Shown in pieces: positions 46,757-63,750 of a stretch of 64,000 bases of DNA. A model generated the notes under the pieces. It was given only the letters and a program-made list of their open reading frames with translations. It was not told the origin of the DNA and ran no database searches. A program made the translations under genes and the position numbers. The stretch is from Setoptus koraiensis. Taxonomy: Eukaryota > Animalia > Arthropoda. The stretch covers positions 10,726,001-10,790,000 of the forward strand of contig CM106585.1 in assembly GCA_048013815.1 (NCBI GenBank). Direction: 5' to 3'. The first letter of the stretch is position 1, and each line of letters opens with the position of its first letter.

Positions 46757-47545
46757 CTACTTAGTTGGTTTTTTCGGATTATTTCCCCAGAAGTATGTTC
46801 CCATCCAATCTTGTAGACCGGGACAATTTGAGCCCAACTCCTTGTACGTCTCACCGCAACTAGTATGATTCAAGCCAATGATGAATGCTCTGGTGTATCT
46901 GTTTCGGCTAAAATCAATACTTGGCAAATAACCTTGTATGTACTTCTTAGCTGCATCAATTGTTCCTGGGATATAACATGCAATAATGTCTCCGATTTCG
47001 CAAATCGATCTTTCACGGCATGATTTGTCTGAGATTCCCCATCGATCTAGAGCGTCATCTGAGGATCGACTTAATTGTTCCAAAATGGCCTCTGGATCAA
47101 ATTTCGAATAGCTTAAGTAGCTGTTATTATAGAGGAACTTCTCATAAACTTTATATTTCGATTCCAGGTAAGTGAAGGTGCTCGGAAAAAAGAACAGTAT
47201 GGCCGAAACGGCTGAAACTAGCGCTGCTAAAACCTCAATAGTTGGCCATAGGATGGATTTTTTAGTTAATGCATTAGCCAATCTACCGAAATATTCAACT
47301 CCCGTGTCTGACTTGATATATTTGATCGCGGGCACAGTGGAGCCCATACTTTCTAGAATGCCCAAGTATGACACCTTGACAAACATTTTAACACTTTCTG
47401 GCACAGCTATTCTGTCGTCATCTATTTCGTTTTCTGAGTCTTCGTTATTTCTCTGCCTGAGAGCTTGCGCATTTGAGGCCAACAAAACGCAAAGGCTGAT
47501 TCCCGCGATACAAGCCAGCATGGCAGTTGTTGTTGAAAGCTTCAT
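46757..47545 (-). CDS. Secreted or membrane protein with a C-terminal DM4/DM12-like Cys motif
   Basis: Signal-like N-terminus, an internal hydrophobic helix, and CRERSICE...YTRAFIIG...C...Y....CP resembling the arthropod DM4/DM12 domain. Confidence 0.6.
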   Translation of the reverse strand: MKLSTTTAMLACIAGISLCVLLASNAQALRQRNNEDSENEIDDDRIAVPESVKMFVKVSYLGILESMGSTVPAIKYIKSDTGVEYFGRLANALTKKSILWPTIEVLAALVSAVSAILFFFPSTFTYLESKYKVYEKFLYNNSYLSYSKFDPEAILEQLSRSSDDALDRWGISDKSCRERSICEIGDIIACYIPGTIDAAKKYIQGYLPSIDFSRNRYTRAFIIGLNHTSCGETYKELGSNCPGLQDWMGTYFWGNNPKKPTK

Positions 47546-48735
47546 TTTGTTGTTCGATGATTGGATAAAGATTTGTAAGAGATGATCGGGGTCTTGGTTG
47601 GCGTTTGAATATCAGGCTCCTCTTATGGTATTGGCGGATGTGTGCTTGATTGGCAAAATGGTTGATTGGCAACGATACTAACCGAAACTATATTGATTGG
47701 ATTGATCCGTGTGCTCCGACGAACTAAACTCAAATGATTTGCAAACTATTTTGATTCCATTCGATTGGGACACCAATTGAAGTTGCTTCTCTTGATCAGT
47801 GGCCGCCATCTCTTTATTTGGCGTAAACAAACACACTCAAACGAACGCCAATGAATGCAATTAAGACAGTTGCTAGATCTATTGAGGTGTGTGTTTGCAT
47901 CGTATGTGTCGGTGATTTAGGAAGAATGTCTTCTTCTTTTATATTATATTTTATATGAGCACTGATTTAACGGTGCTTAGTTCCGCATTAACTGCACCGG
48001 GAACACGGGACAGTTGAACAGGTAAACAAGTAAAAGTAACGGAGATGAATAATGACGGGTGGGAATCCATGACGGTTCTTAGTAGTGCCGTTGTCTGAGT
48101 GTCCGAGATGGTGCCATCTCGATGGTCATTCTAGCGGCGCCCAATTTTATCATTTGTGGCCATCTTTCGGCCAACCTGTCCGTCGCCAAACCACTACGAT
48201 GACTTGTTTCTAGCAAATAGTGGACTTGATGCGTATCAATACTACGGCGAAAGTTGTGGCGGACATTGGTTGACATGGGGAGTGTTCCTGTCAGTGGATG
48301 GTCGTAAAATATTCTCTGGAACTACACAAGCCAACGAGATTGTCATCCTTTTGTTTGAATATGTTTGAATTTGATCTCGAGGCAACCTCTTCACTGGCAG
48401 TCGATCAGAATCTGACAAATAGATAATATCGCCATGCAGTATTCTTCATCTGCAGACCGTGTATAAATAAACCAACGAAGGAAACCAAATGAAATCATCG
48501 ATCCCTGTTCTACCTCTACACAAGATTTATCCACAATGGTGCGGCCCATAAAGATCTCGCACGTTATCTCGCTACATAAATAGCAGTCGCCATCTCTAAT
48601 CATACCTTTGGTGTTTGGTATCATCGTGTGTCCCTGTCGACATTAGGGTTGCTTTCAACAGGATGCACCGCAACGGGATTCACAAACTGTGTGTCCCGAC
48701 TGGTCATGCCCAATTGTAGCATCTGAAGCTTCGAA

Positions 48736-50376
48736 TCAATGAGATAAATAATGCTGATTATATACGAAATGAGTGTTGCTGTTCTGTTGCAACTGCCTGG
48801 TAAAATCGCTATCGTTATAGTGTCTGTGCCCATAGCCGTTCAGGTGATTTTGATCGAGCTGGTGAACAGGAATTGTGGAAATCGTATCGCCAGTTGAATA
48901 GGCGCTTTGGTTGTCCAGGAATTGATTATAATTTGAATCATGGCAATTTAGCATTTGTTGTTGTTGCTGCGATATAGGCTGGCGAATCGTTGGATGTGGA
49001 ATTGTTGTTGGTGCCTCTACGAAATTCTCATGTGATGACCCCAATGGAAAGTCCGATCCAGGTACTGACTCGGCTGGATATATTGCTAGATTGGTATCAT
49101 TGTAGGAAGCGGCGGTAGTTATTGTGTTTAAATTGTGTCTAATTGTTGATGATGTTTCATTGTATCTCCTAGTGGTATTGGGCATTTGTGGAAATATATT
49201 GCTGTTGTTTGATTGATTGTTTATTAGTGGCCTGATAGATGGCAGTTGATGATTAGTGCTAGTAAAATAATTTAACTCTAACATATCACTTGTCACAGAT
49301 TGCTGATCTAGAATTGTTGCTGGTAATTGTTCAATTTTTTTGATTTTGTTGTTGTTGTTGTTGTTGGTGTCTTCGTCTAGATCTAGATCCGAATCACTGG
49401 ATGCTTCCTCTTCGTCGTCATCGTCGTCATACTCTTTTTCCTCTTCGCCATCCAAATCGTCGTCACTGTTGTCCAAATTTTCATTGCCCATAGTTGTAAC
49501 TTGATTATGACCATTACAAGCGGCAAATCGGTTATTCAGATTATCATTTCTTTGAACATTTGTTGCAACTTGCTGCTGTTTGTGTTGCTGTTTTTCACTG
49601 CCAGATGACGGTGTCAAAAGATCCGTCAGATTGGTGTGTCCAGTGGTGTTCAATTCGTTACTATTATCAAGCAATGTGTAGCAACAAGTAGCAGAAATCT
49701 TATCCCTTATTGGATCATCGTCGTTCAATAGAGAATTTTGTCCCCTTTGATTATGCTCGCTGTCACTAGGATCAATAATTAATGATTTAGACGCAGCAAC
49801 AATATTGCTTTCTTGTATTGTAGCGAGATTTGCCGGTCCAGCGGGCGGTCGCAATAATTGGCATTGATTGGATAGTTTGAACGGGGAACTGTTGTCACCG
49901 AATTGGTAACTATTGCTGACTGCATGCTTTGATAAGTAAATAGTTTTGCTGTTGTTGTTATCGTTTGCCTGATGATTATTTGAAGAGGAGATTCTCGTTT
50001 GTTGTTGATGAGTTTTGCTTCGTTTACGAAATTTTGCTCGTCTATTCTGAAACCAAACTTGAATGCGAGCCGCATCTAGGCTAGTTTCTAAGGCCAACTC
50101 TTCTCTTCTATGAACATCCGGATAGTGACTTTTTGAGAAAGCATTCTCTAATTCTTGCAATTGCTTGTGAGTGAACGTGGTGCGATGTCTCTTCGATCTC
50201 ATTGTTGTTGTAGTTGACGAGATGATGGATAGTGATGGATGAAATTTGCAAGTATTACTTGCAGTGATGCTGATATTATTGCTACTACTATTGTTGTTTG
50301 TTTGCACACAATTGTTGTAATTGTTATTTGTATATTGTTGTTGTTGTTGTTGTTGTTGAGACGACATGATCCCCAA
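48736..50376 (-). CDS. Paired-class (Q50) homeobox transcription factor, most like the Prop/PROP1 family
   Basis: The homeodomain [57 protein letters not shown] has RHRTTF, KSHYPD and ARIQVWF, which point to Prop. The remainder is low complexity. Confidence 0.85.
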   Translation of the reverse strand: MGIMSSQQQQQQQQYTNNNYNNCVQTNNNSSSNNISITASNTCKFHPSLSIISSTTTTMRSKRHRTTFTHKQLQELENAFSKSHYPDVHRREELALETSLDAARIQVWFQNRRAKFRKRSKTHQQQTRISSSNNHQANDNNNSKTIYLSKHAVSNSYQFGDNSSPFKLSNQCQLLRPPAGPANLATIQESNIVAASKSLIIDPSDSEHNQRGQNSLLNDDDPIRDKISATCCYTLLDNSNELNTTGHTNLTDLLTPSSGSEKQQHKQQQVATNVQRNDNLNNRFAACNGHNQVTTMGNENLDNSDDDLDGEEEKEYDDDDDEEEASSDSDLDLDEDTNNNNNNKIKKIEQLPATILDQQSVTSDMLELNYFTSTNHQLPSIRPLINNQSNNSNIFPQMPNTTRRYNETSSTIRHNLNTITTAASYNDTNLAIYPAESVPGSDFPLGSSHENFVEAPTTIPHPTIRQPISQQQQQMLNCHDSNYNQFLDNQSAYSTGDTISTIPVHQLDQNHLNGYGHRHYNDSDFTRQLQQNSNTHFVYNQHYLSH

Positions 50377-51337
50377 TCACACAAAAATATGATTACGAAA
50401 ACAGCTAGCTTTAATTATATAATAATGACACACATTAGATAACATTTGATTAGCAAGGAAAATTATTGTCTAGTGATAATTGAAGCGTAATTAACAGTTA
50501 ATCTGGGCAGTAGACAGTCGTAACGGACATTTGGTGGACTTATAAATAAAAGTGTCACATGTCTGACTGAAACTGTATTTGTGTCTGGCCATACAGTGGC
50601 GTATGTTAGTTATAGATTGTTATAGAAAGCGACTGTCGACTGTCGACTGGCTCGCTGTCCGACTGACTGACTCTATATTAGCGTCGCCAGTTGATTTGGC
50701 CCACCATAGAGATGTGGTGGGCCCCAGAATAATGGTTATGGCACCTTTTTATCTGTTTACTCCATTAGCTATAACTATTATAAGCGTCGCTATGCCAGTG
50801 CTCTCAGCAGTGACATAGCGACATAGTGCAGTCGCAGTGGCTATCGGCCGCCGAGAGTGCCAGTGTTAGAGTGTCAGATAGAGTTGCAGCGTTAGAGTTG
50901 GAGTGGGTGCTACAAAAGACACTAATATTAAATAATGATCATATATACACTTTGTTAGGGTTTTTATACTTGTTTTTACCCCGGCAAATGAGTATAGGCT
51001 AACATTCCGCAAGAACAATGTCTCTCTCCATTTCTTCTCTCTGTTGTTGTGATGTATAAAGGGTCTGTCTCTTTACTCAAACAAGCCCATTGAGCCGTTC
51101 GCCAGTGGCGGGGGAGCCGGCCAACTTGAGGAGCCAGCAACAACATCAGAGAGTATAGGTTTGCGAATGGAAAAAGAGGCTCATTGCTCGCTATTTCCGC
51201 ATGGCTTTGGCGCGCGTATCTCTTAGCGAATCGTGAGCGAAATCACGCACACCGTTAGACAAATTGAACAGATCAATTAGGACAATAACCTATGGTGACA
51301 ACAACACATTCAGACAAACAACAGCAACAGCAGCAGC

Positions 51338-51372
<35 letters not shown>

Positions 51373-54358
51373 AAATATACAGACAAGCAAGCAAGCAAAC
51401 GAACAAACAAACACAGAGGAAAGGGGACCGTCTCGCGGGACTGAGTTATATCTTCTCTGAGTGAATTTCATTGTGCTCTCTGATCGCTGCTAGCGTTGAG
51501 GCGAAAGTATCATTGCCAGTATCGAGCCAAGGCGCGACAAATAGCGCCGATGGAATCCTTTTTTCGCTCACTGCCACTGCCATCGCTGCTGCCGCCGACA
51601 ACCAACAACCACCGACAACCAACAACCACCGACGGCCAACAACCACCGACGGCCAACAACCACCGACAGCCGGCAGCCGACAGCCACTACAGTTGCAGCG
51701 GGTGCCATACTGCTCAATGCAATCGCAAATATATTATCCTTGGCGACAATTCTTTGACAGCAACAAATCGCACGCAAATACACTATGAGGCTGTGCCACA
51801 TATAGATATACTCTCACAGATATACTCTAGTGACTCCGGCAACTCGACGCCAACTAGACAGAGCGAGTGGCAAAAGTCTTTATCATCTCTGCGTGCGTCG
51901 CCAACACACGGGACCCACAAACGCACAACCAACTGCCAGAGTTCCCCGGGGGCCCCGGCTCTTTGGCTGGCTGACTGGCTCTAGAATATTATTTCAATGC
52001 GAGCCGCTTGTTTGCGGCTCATTTGTGCGCCTTTCCATCCGATATCCGCTGGTTGGCTGGTTGGTTGGTGGGGCCCGTAAATGGGCACCGTTATGGCCAA
52101 GATGTTTGTTTTGTATTCATATTTCAGATACATTCATTTACAGATTGATATTGGTATTTTGCTGTTTGAGTGTTTGTGAGAGTGCGTTTGCTTTTGCTTT
52201 TGCGCTGGAGCCTCAACCGGTGAGCAGAGTAGAGTAGTTTGCATCGGCTTGCGTCGGGTGACAACAACGTCGAGAATGATAAACGGTGCCGTTGTAAATT
52301 GTACCGTTTATCATTCTCGACCGTTGCCAGCAGCGGCGGCGCCAGCAACACCAGCGACAGAAGCCATTGCAAAGTTATATAATGGCTACAATAGATACTC
52401 ACCACTTGGGACAAACAGACGCACCGATTCTTGGATTATCCAGTCGATGGTGCCCACGCTGCGGGCATTAGCTATTTGTGATAGCTGCTGGAGTGGGCCC
52501 CATTCTCGGCTAATTTTTATAGTTGATGTTTGATCGCGCGCACGCACCCACACCGGCTCGGGTGTCGATGTTTTGGGGCCACCATTACGTAACAACAGCA
52601 AACCATTAGTGCAGTTATTAAATGCGCAACCGTTATATATATATATATTCCAACAATATCTGGCTGGTTTGTCATTGCGGTGTGTTTGCGCTCTATGGCC
52701 ATCATACATCAATAGTTATTGTTGGCGGCAGCGATAGGTGAAGTTGGTTGGTGTTGCGTGTCGTCGCCATATTCAAGCGCAAAGCGGCGACATTTCTCTT
52801 CAGGGTTATTTCCGACACACTGACATCACTGATGGTTGCAAATAGTCATTGATTATCATTGATAATCATTGATACAAAAATAAATCAATGCGCTCGGTGC
52901 TTGTGTTTGCGTGGGTGCCAAAGGAAGCCAACAAGAAGTGATTTCAGCAAAATCGACAAATTAGCCGGCTTAGTTTGTATACATTTGTATACCTTTAGGT
53001 AGGTTGTGAGGCGCTTATTAATAAGCTGCTGGTTGCATGCATATCAATTATGATAATAGTGTCAACCTATTGTTGATACTATTATCATCCATGTTGTTGT
53101 TACATAACCAAATCATCAATAATCAGACCGCTCGAACTCACCAACGTGCTGTTGCTGCCTAATCTGCTCGCTACTTAATTAACGACAATCAATTACCTAT
53201 TGGCCTCGATGAACTATCACATCGGCCCAATATACAATATCAACAGCTAGCCTACATGTTGGGATTGCGTAACATGCATAACAATCTATATATCAGCATT
53301 GTTTTTTCCATATTGTATCTATGCAAGCCATCAACTGGCTAATTCAACCAATGTAGGCTGGTTATTGATGGTACGAGTGGCTCCATCTGTGATACAACAT
53401 TCTAACTGAGATTGTTCATCTGTTCAATGGCAATGATAGTGAGAAGAAACAGTTGCAGCAACTGAGTAGTTTGCCGCTAGGCGACGCTCGCGACCAAAAC
53501 TAAAGCATTTGTGTGCACCATTCGCATTAAACCACTTTGTTCAGTATGTTTATATGCAACAATAATAATAATTTGATACATTACAATTGATAATCCATTA
53601 GATGTGATCAATGTAATAATTATGCTCCATTGTGTTCATTGGGCCTAGTTGAGTGCGAGCTGGTCCGATGAGAGTTGTTTGAAGCTAATCGAACTTGGAA
53701 TGGATATGAGGCCTAGCGTCAGTTTGAGAATGTTTGTTGTTGTCTCAAACAACAGGCACAACCAGACGCTCGGCGATGACATAATGACACTGTCATCGAT
53801 GAAGCTTGGAGTTTGTGAAAATTCAAATAGAGAGCGAAACAGACAGACAGAGAGCGAGAAAATTGTCGCAGTTGAGTAATTGTTGAACGAATGGTTGACA
53901 CAGTCGGACAGTTGTTGTTGTCGTTGTTTCTTTTCTGTCCAATTGTGTTTATAGATGGCCAAATGGAAGTGAGTGATAAGTTAGATAAAGTAAACAAGTT
54001 TAACTAAGTGGCTTTGCTCTTCGTCGACTCGACCGATTCTTTGTTCGTCTTGGCTGTGTGTCATTGTTTGTGTTTGTTGTTTGTTGCTGCTGGGGCAATT
54101 AGTGCTTTATTTGACCTATAATGGCCACTTCATATCTGAGCCGGTTGCTCATGGCCAGCGAGCTCGAGATTGCTCAAAATGTGCAATGATACAACAACAA
54201 CAAGTGGCAATCACAAATCGAATGTGTCGTCATGTGTGATCAGCTAGGCGAATGAGAGAAAGAGAGAAAAGAATAAAGAAAAGTTCACACGCAAATTAAA
54301 ACAAAAGACCCACGCTGCCAGCAACAATAGGAAAGAACTTTCTTGGAGCTGTTCACTT

Positions 54359-54362
54359 TGTT

Positions 54363-54415
<53 letters not shown>

Positions 54416-54432
54416 TGTTGTTGTCGTCGTGG
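54359..54432. repeat. (GTT)/(GTC)n trinucleotide microsatellite
   Basis: Long uninterrupted gtcgtcgtc run. Confidence 0.95.
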
Positions 54433-57065
54433 TCGATGTCGCTGTTGGCGCGGATGGACGGGCATCGGCTTTATCGGATTTATTGATACAAGCCCAAGCC
54501 GGACGAGTGACCGCGCCGAGAGCAGTGGCCAATCGAGAATCAGTGAGGCGAGCGGCTAAATTAAATTTGAATTTATCCCTCATGTATTATTATCGTGTCT
54601 GTTATGCTTGCTTTCTCTCGTGTGTATGTGAACATGTGGCGCTCTATAGATCACCGATATATATATAAATCATAAGTTATTTGTCAGACGCAGTTGGCTG
54701 CAATCGAATCTAATTGCGCCACCACAAAGAGATTGACCGACCGACCGAGCATCATTCACCTGTCCTAAACAGCAACACTGACACACGATACAATTGCCAG
54801 TGTGTGTGTATGAACACGGCAAAGATGATAGGTGATAGGCAAAGGTTGTTGCTGTTGTCGTTGTTGTTGTTGTGTGCACCTATGTGAACGATGAGAACTT
54901 TTTCCATCTCACTCGCTGCTCGGTCGTTTGCTTGTTGCTTGTTGTCGGCGTCGGTTGTTGCTGTTGCTGTTGTGTGTGGCTAAAAGTTAAATGCACCAAC
55001 GACAACAGCGCCAACAACAACGACAGCGCCAACAACAACGACAGCGGCAACAACTGGCCGTCTGATCTAATTATATTCGGCATGACATTATATTTGGCAT
55101 GTTGAATGACGTGTCGCAAGTGTCCATGGCGACCAACTGGCCGGCAACAACATTATTAGTTTTGTTCTTTCTGCGCGTTTGTCGTGGCCGCTGTCGTTGT
55201 CGTCGGTGTCGTTGTCGTAGTCGGTCTCTTGTGTGCTACAACAACGACAACGACAACAACAACACCGACAACAACAACACAGACGACAACGCCGACAACA
55301 ACTGACAGCATGCCAAGTTAACCATCTGCTAACAACAAATCGCTACTACTTATTACCTGTAATTGACTCCTCTCATACTCAAACTGACCGATGGCCGGCG
55401 TCGCCCAGCACAAACATTTTGTGGCCTTGTAGTTATTATCTGGTCGCTAGTTACCTGGCGCTGTCTCACTACCTGTCACACACACACATATATTAATATA
55501 ACAGGTAACAGGCGACCTATAATGTTGGCTTGACTCTTCTGTCATACATTTGGGTGTGTTTGTGTGTGAACTTGACTTTGGCCAGACACCGCATGCCAGC
55601 GCAACGGCAACAAGTGCAACAAGACACAACAACAACAGCTAACAGAATTTCTCACCTAGATATCGGATGGCGCCAAACAAAAGGTCCAATTATAGGGCCA
55701 ATTATTGAGCCATTACCTGTTATATACGCACCGCACATTGCTCACATTACACACACATTACATACATATTACATATTACATAATACATTAACGTTACGTT
55801 TCATTGTTGGACACACACGGTCAACATGAGCCAGCAACAACAACAACATCTAACAGCAACAACATCTAACAACATCTAACAGCAACAACAACAACAACAT
55901 CTAACAGCAACAACAACAACAACATCTAACAGTGGCAGCAGCAGCCGACAACGACACCCGACAGCGACAATATTGCATAATAATATTATGTGCGCATAAC
56001 AAGAGTGTGCGGCTCGTGTGAACGGCAACAATCGGTGCGCCGTCCACTGCTGAAAAGGACGCTGCACCGATTGTAATTGGTAGCTTTAAACAGCTCAATC
56101 AATTGCTACTTATCGATCGGTCAGCCAATGGTGGCATTTCGTCTAATAAATGTCAAACGTAACAATAATGTAATAATGTATATTTATGACGCAACGCTCT
56201 CAATGGTTGTTATTGTGTGATTGAGGAAACGCGACGACAATGACGATGATGCAACGCACACACATCTAGGGAAAGTTGGCTTGGTCTGTAATTTTGGCGG
56301 CGCAATATTTTGCTGCAACGCTGTCGATCTATTGCGCCGATTGTGAGGCATTCTCTTTAACAATTTGTTGTCGGTAACAAATCACCAGCGAATTGCAATG
56401 ATCGCTGGTGAGCTGTTTGCTTGTTTCAGCTGCCATGATATGTATATAGATAGTTATATAATAGTTTGTATTGGTTGTGGCGGCAACATGATGTTGGTGA
56501 CATGTGTGAATTGCGTCGCATTATGCCGCCGATTCACTGTGGCAACTCACTGCGCTCGAATAGTGAATAAAAATAATGGATCTAAAAATAAGAATAGAAG
56601 CGCATAAAAGAAGCAAAAGAATTTCTGTGCTTCGTTTGCTTCTTTTACCTGTTGCCCGCTGGACCGTTTTGGCTTGTTGTGGCCTGTTGATGCAACGACG
56701 ACAACCGACACACAGACACAGACACAGACACCGACACCGACACCGACACATACACCGACACATACACAGACAAGGAGACGCAACAACAGTTGACGTCCAG
56801 CGATGCTAATAGAATAGTTATCTTTCAGACGCCACAATCAATTGAATGACAACGAAACAGAATTGAATTAGAATGACAATTGCCTGACAATCGCCCATTG
56901 CCACGCATACCTGTGGCCGTCAATGAATGACAGGTATTTGTTGTTGGCTTCCACTGCCACTTAAGCTCGCCGTCACAATAGTCAATTCGATGCATGTCGC
57001 CGAGATCAGCCTCGTCTTGTCAATGCATTTGCGCCATAATAATATCAAGACAGCGATGGGTGCCA

Positions 57066-57107
<42 letters not shown>

Positions 57108-59318
57108 TTGTCGTTGCTGTTGTTGTTGTCGTTGCTGTTGCTGTTGTTGTTGTTGTTGTCGTTGGTGCTGCTGGACCTGGTTGCGCGCTGCAGCTGACCG
57201 CACCGAGTGTGACAGTTGCGTAACTTGATGCGCATCAATCGATCTGTCAGTTGTGGCGCATCAGATCAGTTTTTGCTGGCCACTGGACAGACGCTGGCGT
57301 GTTTTTGGGCTCGTTACCAAGCCAATTATTGTGGTCGTTGTCGCCGCTGACCAGACAGCTGAGCGGAGCGTCGAGCGAGCGGCCGACAACGGCAACTGTG
57401 GCGACATTTAACATGTCATGCTAATACAAGATGTTTAGTCGCTCTTATTAACCAACAATTCACAAAGCTAAACTTGCTGATGATGATGATGATACACATG
57501 CATGATGCAATTTAAACGAGGCAGCATCAGCGCCGGCGGCTTACCTGTGCAATACTTAAACTAACTAGTAATCTAGTTAGTTAAAGAGTCGCCAGAGTGA
57601 GCGGATCTATGCTATTAGTAGTTGGCTGTTGTTGGCCGAAGAGACAAGGTCGCCGTTTGTGTGACAATTTTCATGTCACAGCCGATACAAACTGATCCGA
57701 TTTAATCTACTACCTGTTGCTGATGATTTTGTGCGCTCAACTTGTAACTTGCAGTCAGTTGTTTGGTTGTCAGTGTAGCCAAATAACAACAACAGCAGCA
57801 GCAGCAGCAACCTGTTCTGTCTGTGTCTGTGTGTCTGTGTCATTCAAATAGGCACCACAATTGACAGTGAGCGCGGATGGGCACAGATTGATTTTGTAGA
57901 GTGTCGAGCATAATAGAGTTTGGCCACAACTGCCAGCACACACACACAGCCTGTTACGTAATTGTTTGCGACACAAGATGTGGGCACAGGAAAGTGGTGG
58001 ACGCCTTCGCCGTGAACTCTCTCTCTCTCTCTCTCGCTCAACAATCTTGTTGTTCTGGCCAAAGAGCGACTACAAAATGGCAAGACCGTCGTTACGTCAT
58101 GACACACACACACACACAACAGCGAGATGCAACGAAAATAATAATAATGATAATATCGTCGTTGTATTGATTGGTGCAGAATATTGTAACTTATAGCCTG
58201 TTGACGAGTCGCCAGCGGCTGACATTTGTGTGTCGATACAACTCTCTCCCGCGCTCGCTCTACCGGACGACAGGTGATCGAGCCGCCGAGCAACAGCGAC
58301 AGCGACAACGACAACACAGAGGAAAGTCCCCCGATCGGCTGTTGTTGGTTATGTATCAATCATTGTCATTTGTACAACGGTTGGCGTAGGACGAGAGCGG
58401 TTGCCGGTTGCCAGTTGCCAGTTGCGACAGTCAAAGTCAAAGTGGTTTTGCGGTCATGTCTGACGGAATGTCCATGTAATTGCAACCGTTAGATGCAGCG
58501 ACTTGTCGATTGTCGTTGCCGTGTCTCTCAACCTTGTCAATTGCAATCCATTCAATTTAATCCGCCGCCGTCCGTTCTCTCGTTCGTCTTGTGAATTATT
58601 ATCTTGTAAAATAATACCATCTTACGTAATAACTTGATCCATGTCGCCTCTGTGTGCGCTCGCTACTGCGCTATTGCTACGCATTGCCAACGTTGCGTTG
58701 TAGCCAACGTTACGTCATAGCCAACGATACGTTATAGCCAATGTACCAGTGTTGGCCTAGTAGCGTACGTTACGTAATACAATGTGCGTTGCGCAATAAT
58801 GGGCAAGGTTTTAGGTGAACTTTTGTCCAAGCGAGCACATATTGACACACACAACAACGACAACATTTTGTAGAGCCACTCATTTGCGCAAACTGATTTG
58901 TTGCAGCAAAACAAGGCGAAGCGTGCGCTGCAAGACCCAAACTCTGGCAAAACGCAAACTCTGGCAAAACTTTGTCACCAGGAACTTTAATTTGTATTTC
59001 GCTCTCGCATTTTATACTTGACTAACCTGCAAGAGTGTGTGTGTGCTTAATTGTTTTCTCTCGCAGTCTGCTGGCGTTTGTTTTATTTATCCAGTCGTCG
59101 CGTCCGTCAGCATCCCGTCAGCATCCCGTCAGCATCACATCGGCACCACATCGGCATCACATGACGGCGCATACCAACGGCCAACGAGCGCAACGAGTGC
59201 CCACAGATGCAAGCCATAGATGGCCGGTGATAAGCAGCGACAGTTGTCAAACATCTTATCTTGTGCACTGTGACAGCAAAACATTATTACATAACACGGC
59301 TAACACGATCAACATGAT

Positions 59319-59359
59319 GTTAGCATCAACATGATGTTAGCATCAACATGATGTTAGCA
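59319..59359. repeat. 17-bp tandem repeat (AACATGATGTTAGCATC), about 3 copies starting near 59309
   Basis: tcaacatgatgttagcatcaacatgatgttagcatcaacatgatgttagca. Confidence 0.85.
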
Positions 59360-59569
59360 GGGCTAATTAAGCTGCTGCTGCTGCGCACTGTCGCTCGCAC
59401 TGCGCAGCTCAATCATGATGATAATTATGATTGCGTAATTACAGCACAGCTACATTTGCAATTACCTGTACTGTTGCACTTTGCGTGGCTTTGCGTTGCG
59501 TAATTATTGAATGGCCGACATCATTGTTATTATTAACATTATGTAATGTTGTTGTTGTCGTTTAAACTT

Positions 59570-59662
59570 GCTGCCGCTGTCAGTGTTGGCGCCGCTGTCA
59601 GTGTTGGCGCCGCTGTCAGTGTTGCCGCCGCTGTCAGTGTTGCCGCCGCTGTCAGTGTTGCT
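59570..59662. repeat. 18-bp tandem repeat (GCCGCTGTCAGTGTTGSC) x5
   Basis: Direct inspection. It produces the AAVSV / AAATLT spurious ORFs. Confidence 0.9.
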
Positions 59663-60455
59663 GCACTTGAACTGTGTCTGGCGTGTTGCAAACTACATAA
59701 ATTAGCATCTATCCATATAGCGCCAGCCATGAATAGTGATAGTCGCAATCAGATGATGTGTGTGTGTGTGTGTCGAGAGAGTGGCAACAATTAGCCAACT
59801 AAAGTCGCAAGTGACAAGTTAGTTAGTTGTTTTTTGGCAACATGTCACACTGCATGTCACTGTTCACCAGTGTGTGAACAGTGACATACCTGAGCTGTTG
59901 CTGTTGCCGCCGCCGCCGCTCCGGCCGATCACATGCTGACACAGGTGAAGTGTCACATGATGGAAAGAATTATGATGAATTGAGAAACAATGGCCATTGG
60001 TCAATGGTTGTTAGCCGTAATCGTACTCACACCAGCGACACTCGCTGACAAGCCGATAACAGGCTGACAGATAACAGGCTGACAGGATGGTCAGCTGTTG
60101 CTGTTGTTGTTGTTGCTGTTTTGCATTCACCTGTCAGCAGCCTGTAAGCGATTTAAACAACTCAATTAGCTCAATTAGACAATCTCCACGCTGCTAATGC
60201 CACGCCGATATGGCTGCTGCTATGAAATGTCTGCATGATAGTATGCAAATTGGCATTGTGTGTCAGTGACAATCACCTCACAACGACCAATCATATCATC
60301 GACGATATGCCATGATGTGCCAGACGACGTGTGTCACTCTCTGACAAAGTGACTTTGTGCGCTATGTGTGTGTGTGTGTGTGTTGAATGTGTTCAACAGC
60401 AGCACACACACACCTGTTGTCGATGTTATCATACGAATTGCGCAACACAATACAA

Positions 60456-60494
<39 letters not shown>

Positions 60495-60923
60495 CAACGA
60501 CAACAGGTGAGCTTGCGACGCATGCGCTGTCAGACAGCGATCGAGCCTTGAAAAAGTTTGCATCAAAAGCAGTCTTAGGCAGGCGTGACCAGAAGAAGAA
60601 GAAGATGGGGGGGGGGGGAAAGGCGCTTGTTGTTGGCTGGTTGTTGATCTGGTTTCTAGGCGACATCATTCACTATTTTGTGGCTTGATTAGGCTTTGTC
60701 CAATTGATTTTATACCATCCGATATTTGTGTCTCACTGGCAGTGATACACAACAAATCGAGTCATTTATTTCTAAATTGTCAAGTTCACTAGTTGATCAT
60801 TTAAAGTTAATAGAGCCATTAAATTGAATTGATTAGACATTAGCTAGCGGTGTGTATGGTTGTGTGTAGTGATTAAAGAAAGTAGTGAGCAAAGCAATCA
60901 TGACAAACAGTGCACAACAACAG

Positions 60924-60955
<32 letters not shown>

Positions 60956-61232
60956 ACGACAACTACAACGACAACAACAACACATAAACAACAGCAAATC
61001 GACGGATGACAACAAATGATTGACATGAATAATTTCTCTCTAATGATAATTACCAAAGTTACTACTACTACTACTCTAATTACCACAACAACTACCGTCA
61101 CTGTGGCAATCAATTATCAATTATAAACATCATTAGCGGCACAAGTAAGCGTCATAAAACATTGCATGATAATACAACGTGCATTACATAACACAACGTT
61201 CATTGCATGATAACTACTGCATTACGCAATAA

Positions 61233-63299
<2,067 letters not shown>

Positions 63300-63750
63300 C
63301 CATTACGACAATGACACTGATGAGTCGGGCACGACAAACTATGTAAATTTTTTACTCTTTTCTTCTATTTTTAGTTTTGTTCATTACGATCAGCGATCGG
63401 TGACTTTGTGCGCCTAGACCAATAAACAACAACAGTGACAACAACAACAACAACAACAACAAAATCAATAACAATAATGACGAACGAACGGCATACAACG
63501 GCCACATAATTATTATCCAACTAATTTATCACTATTACTATTATTATTTATTTATTTATTATTATTATTAAAATTTATTACAATTGAAATTTATTTATTT
63601 ATACATTTATAAATATTATTATTGTTATTCATTCATTGTCATTCGTTCATTACTATTCACAATCGCGTCTCACCTGACATACAATCGACGCATCGTAATA
63701 GCATCATACTACATTATTATTATTCACATTTATTATTTTTAACAGTCACA

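Larger units (their letters stand above)
50400..61200. promoter_or_regulatory. About 11-kb microsatellite-rich region between divergently transcribed homeobox genes; presumed cis-regulatory DNA
   Basis: No credible ORF. Dense (CAA)n, (GTC)n, (CA)n and short minisatellites. The position is 5' of both homeobox ORFs. The regulatory role is inferred. Confidence 0.5.

Noticed and set aside
48040-48730. Short ORFs between the DM4/DM12-like and Prop-like genes
   Set aside because: There are no ATG-anchored, recognisable products and all frames are frequently stopped. The region is plausibly the Prop-like 3' UTR.
50579-61113. Dozens of 60-170 aa ORFs in the inter-homeobox region
   Set aside because: They are dominated by repeat-derived homopolymers or dipeptides (CV, TH, VVV, CCC), overlap on both strands, and show no domain motifs.
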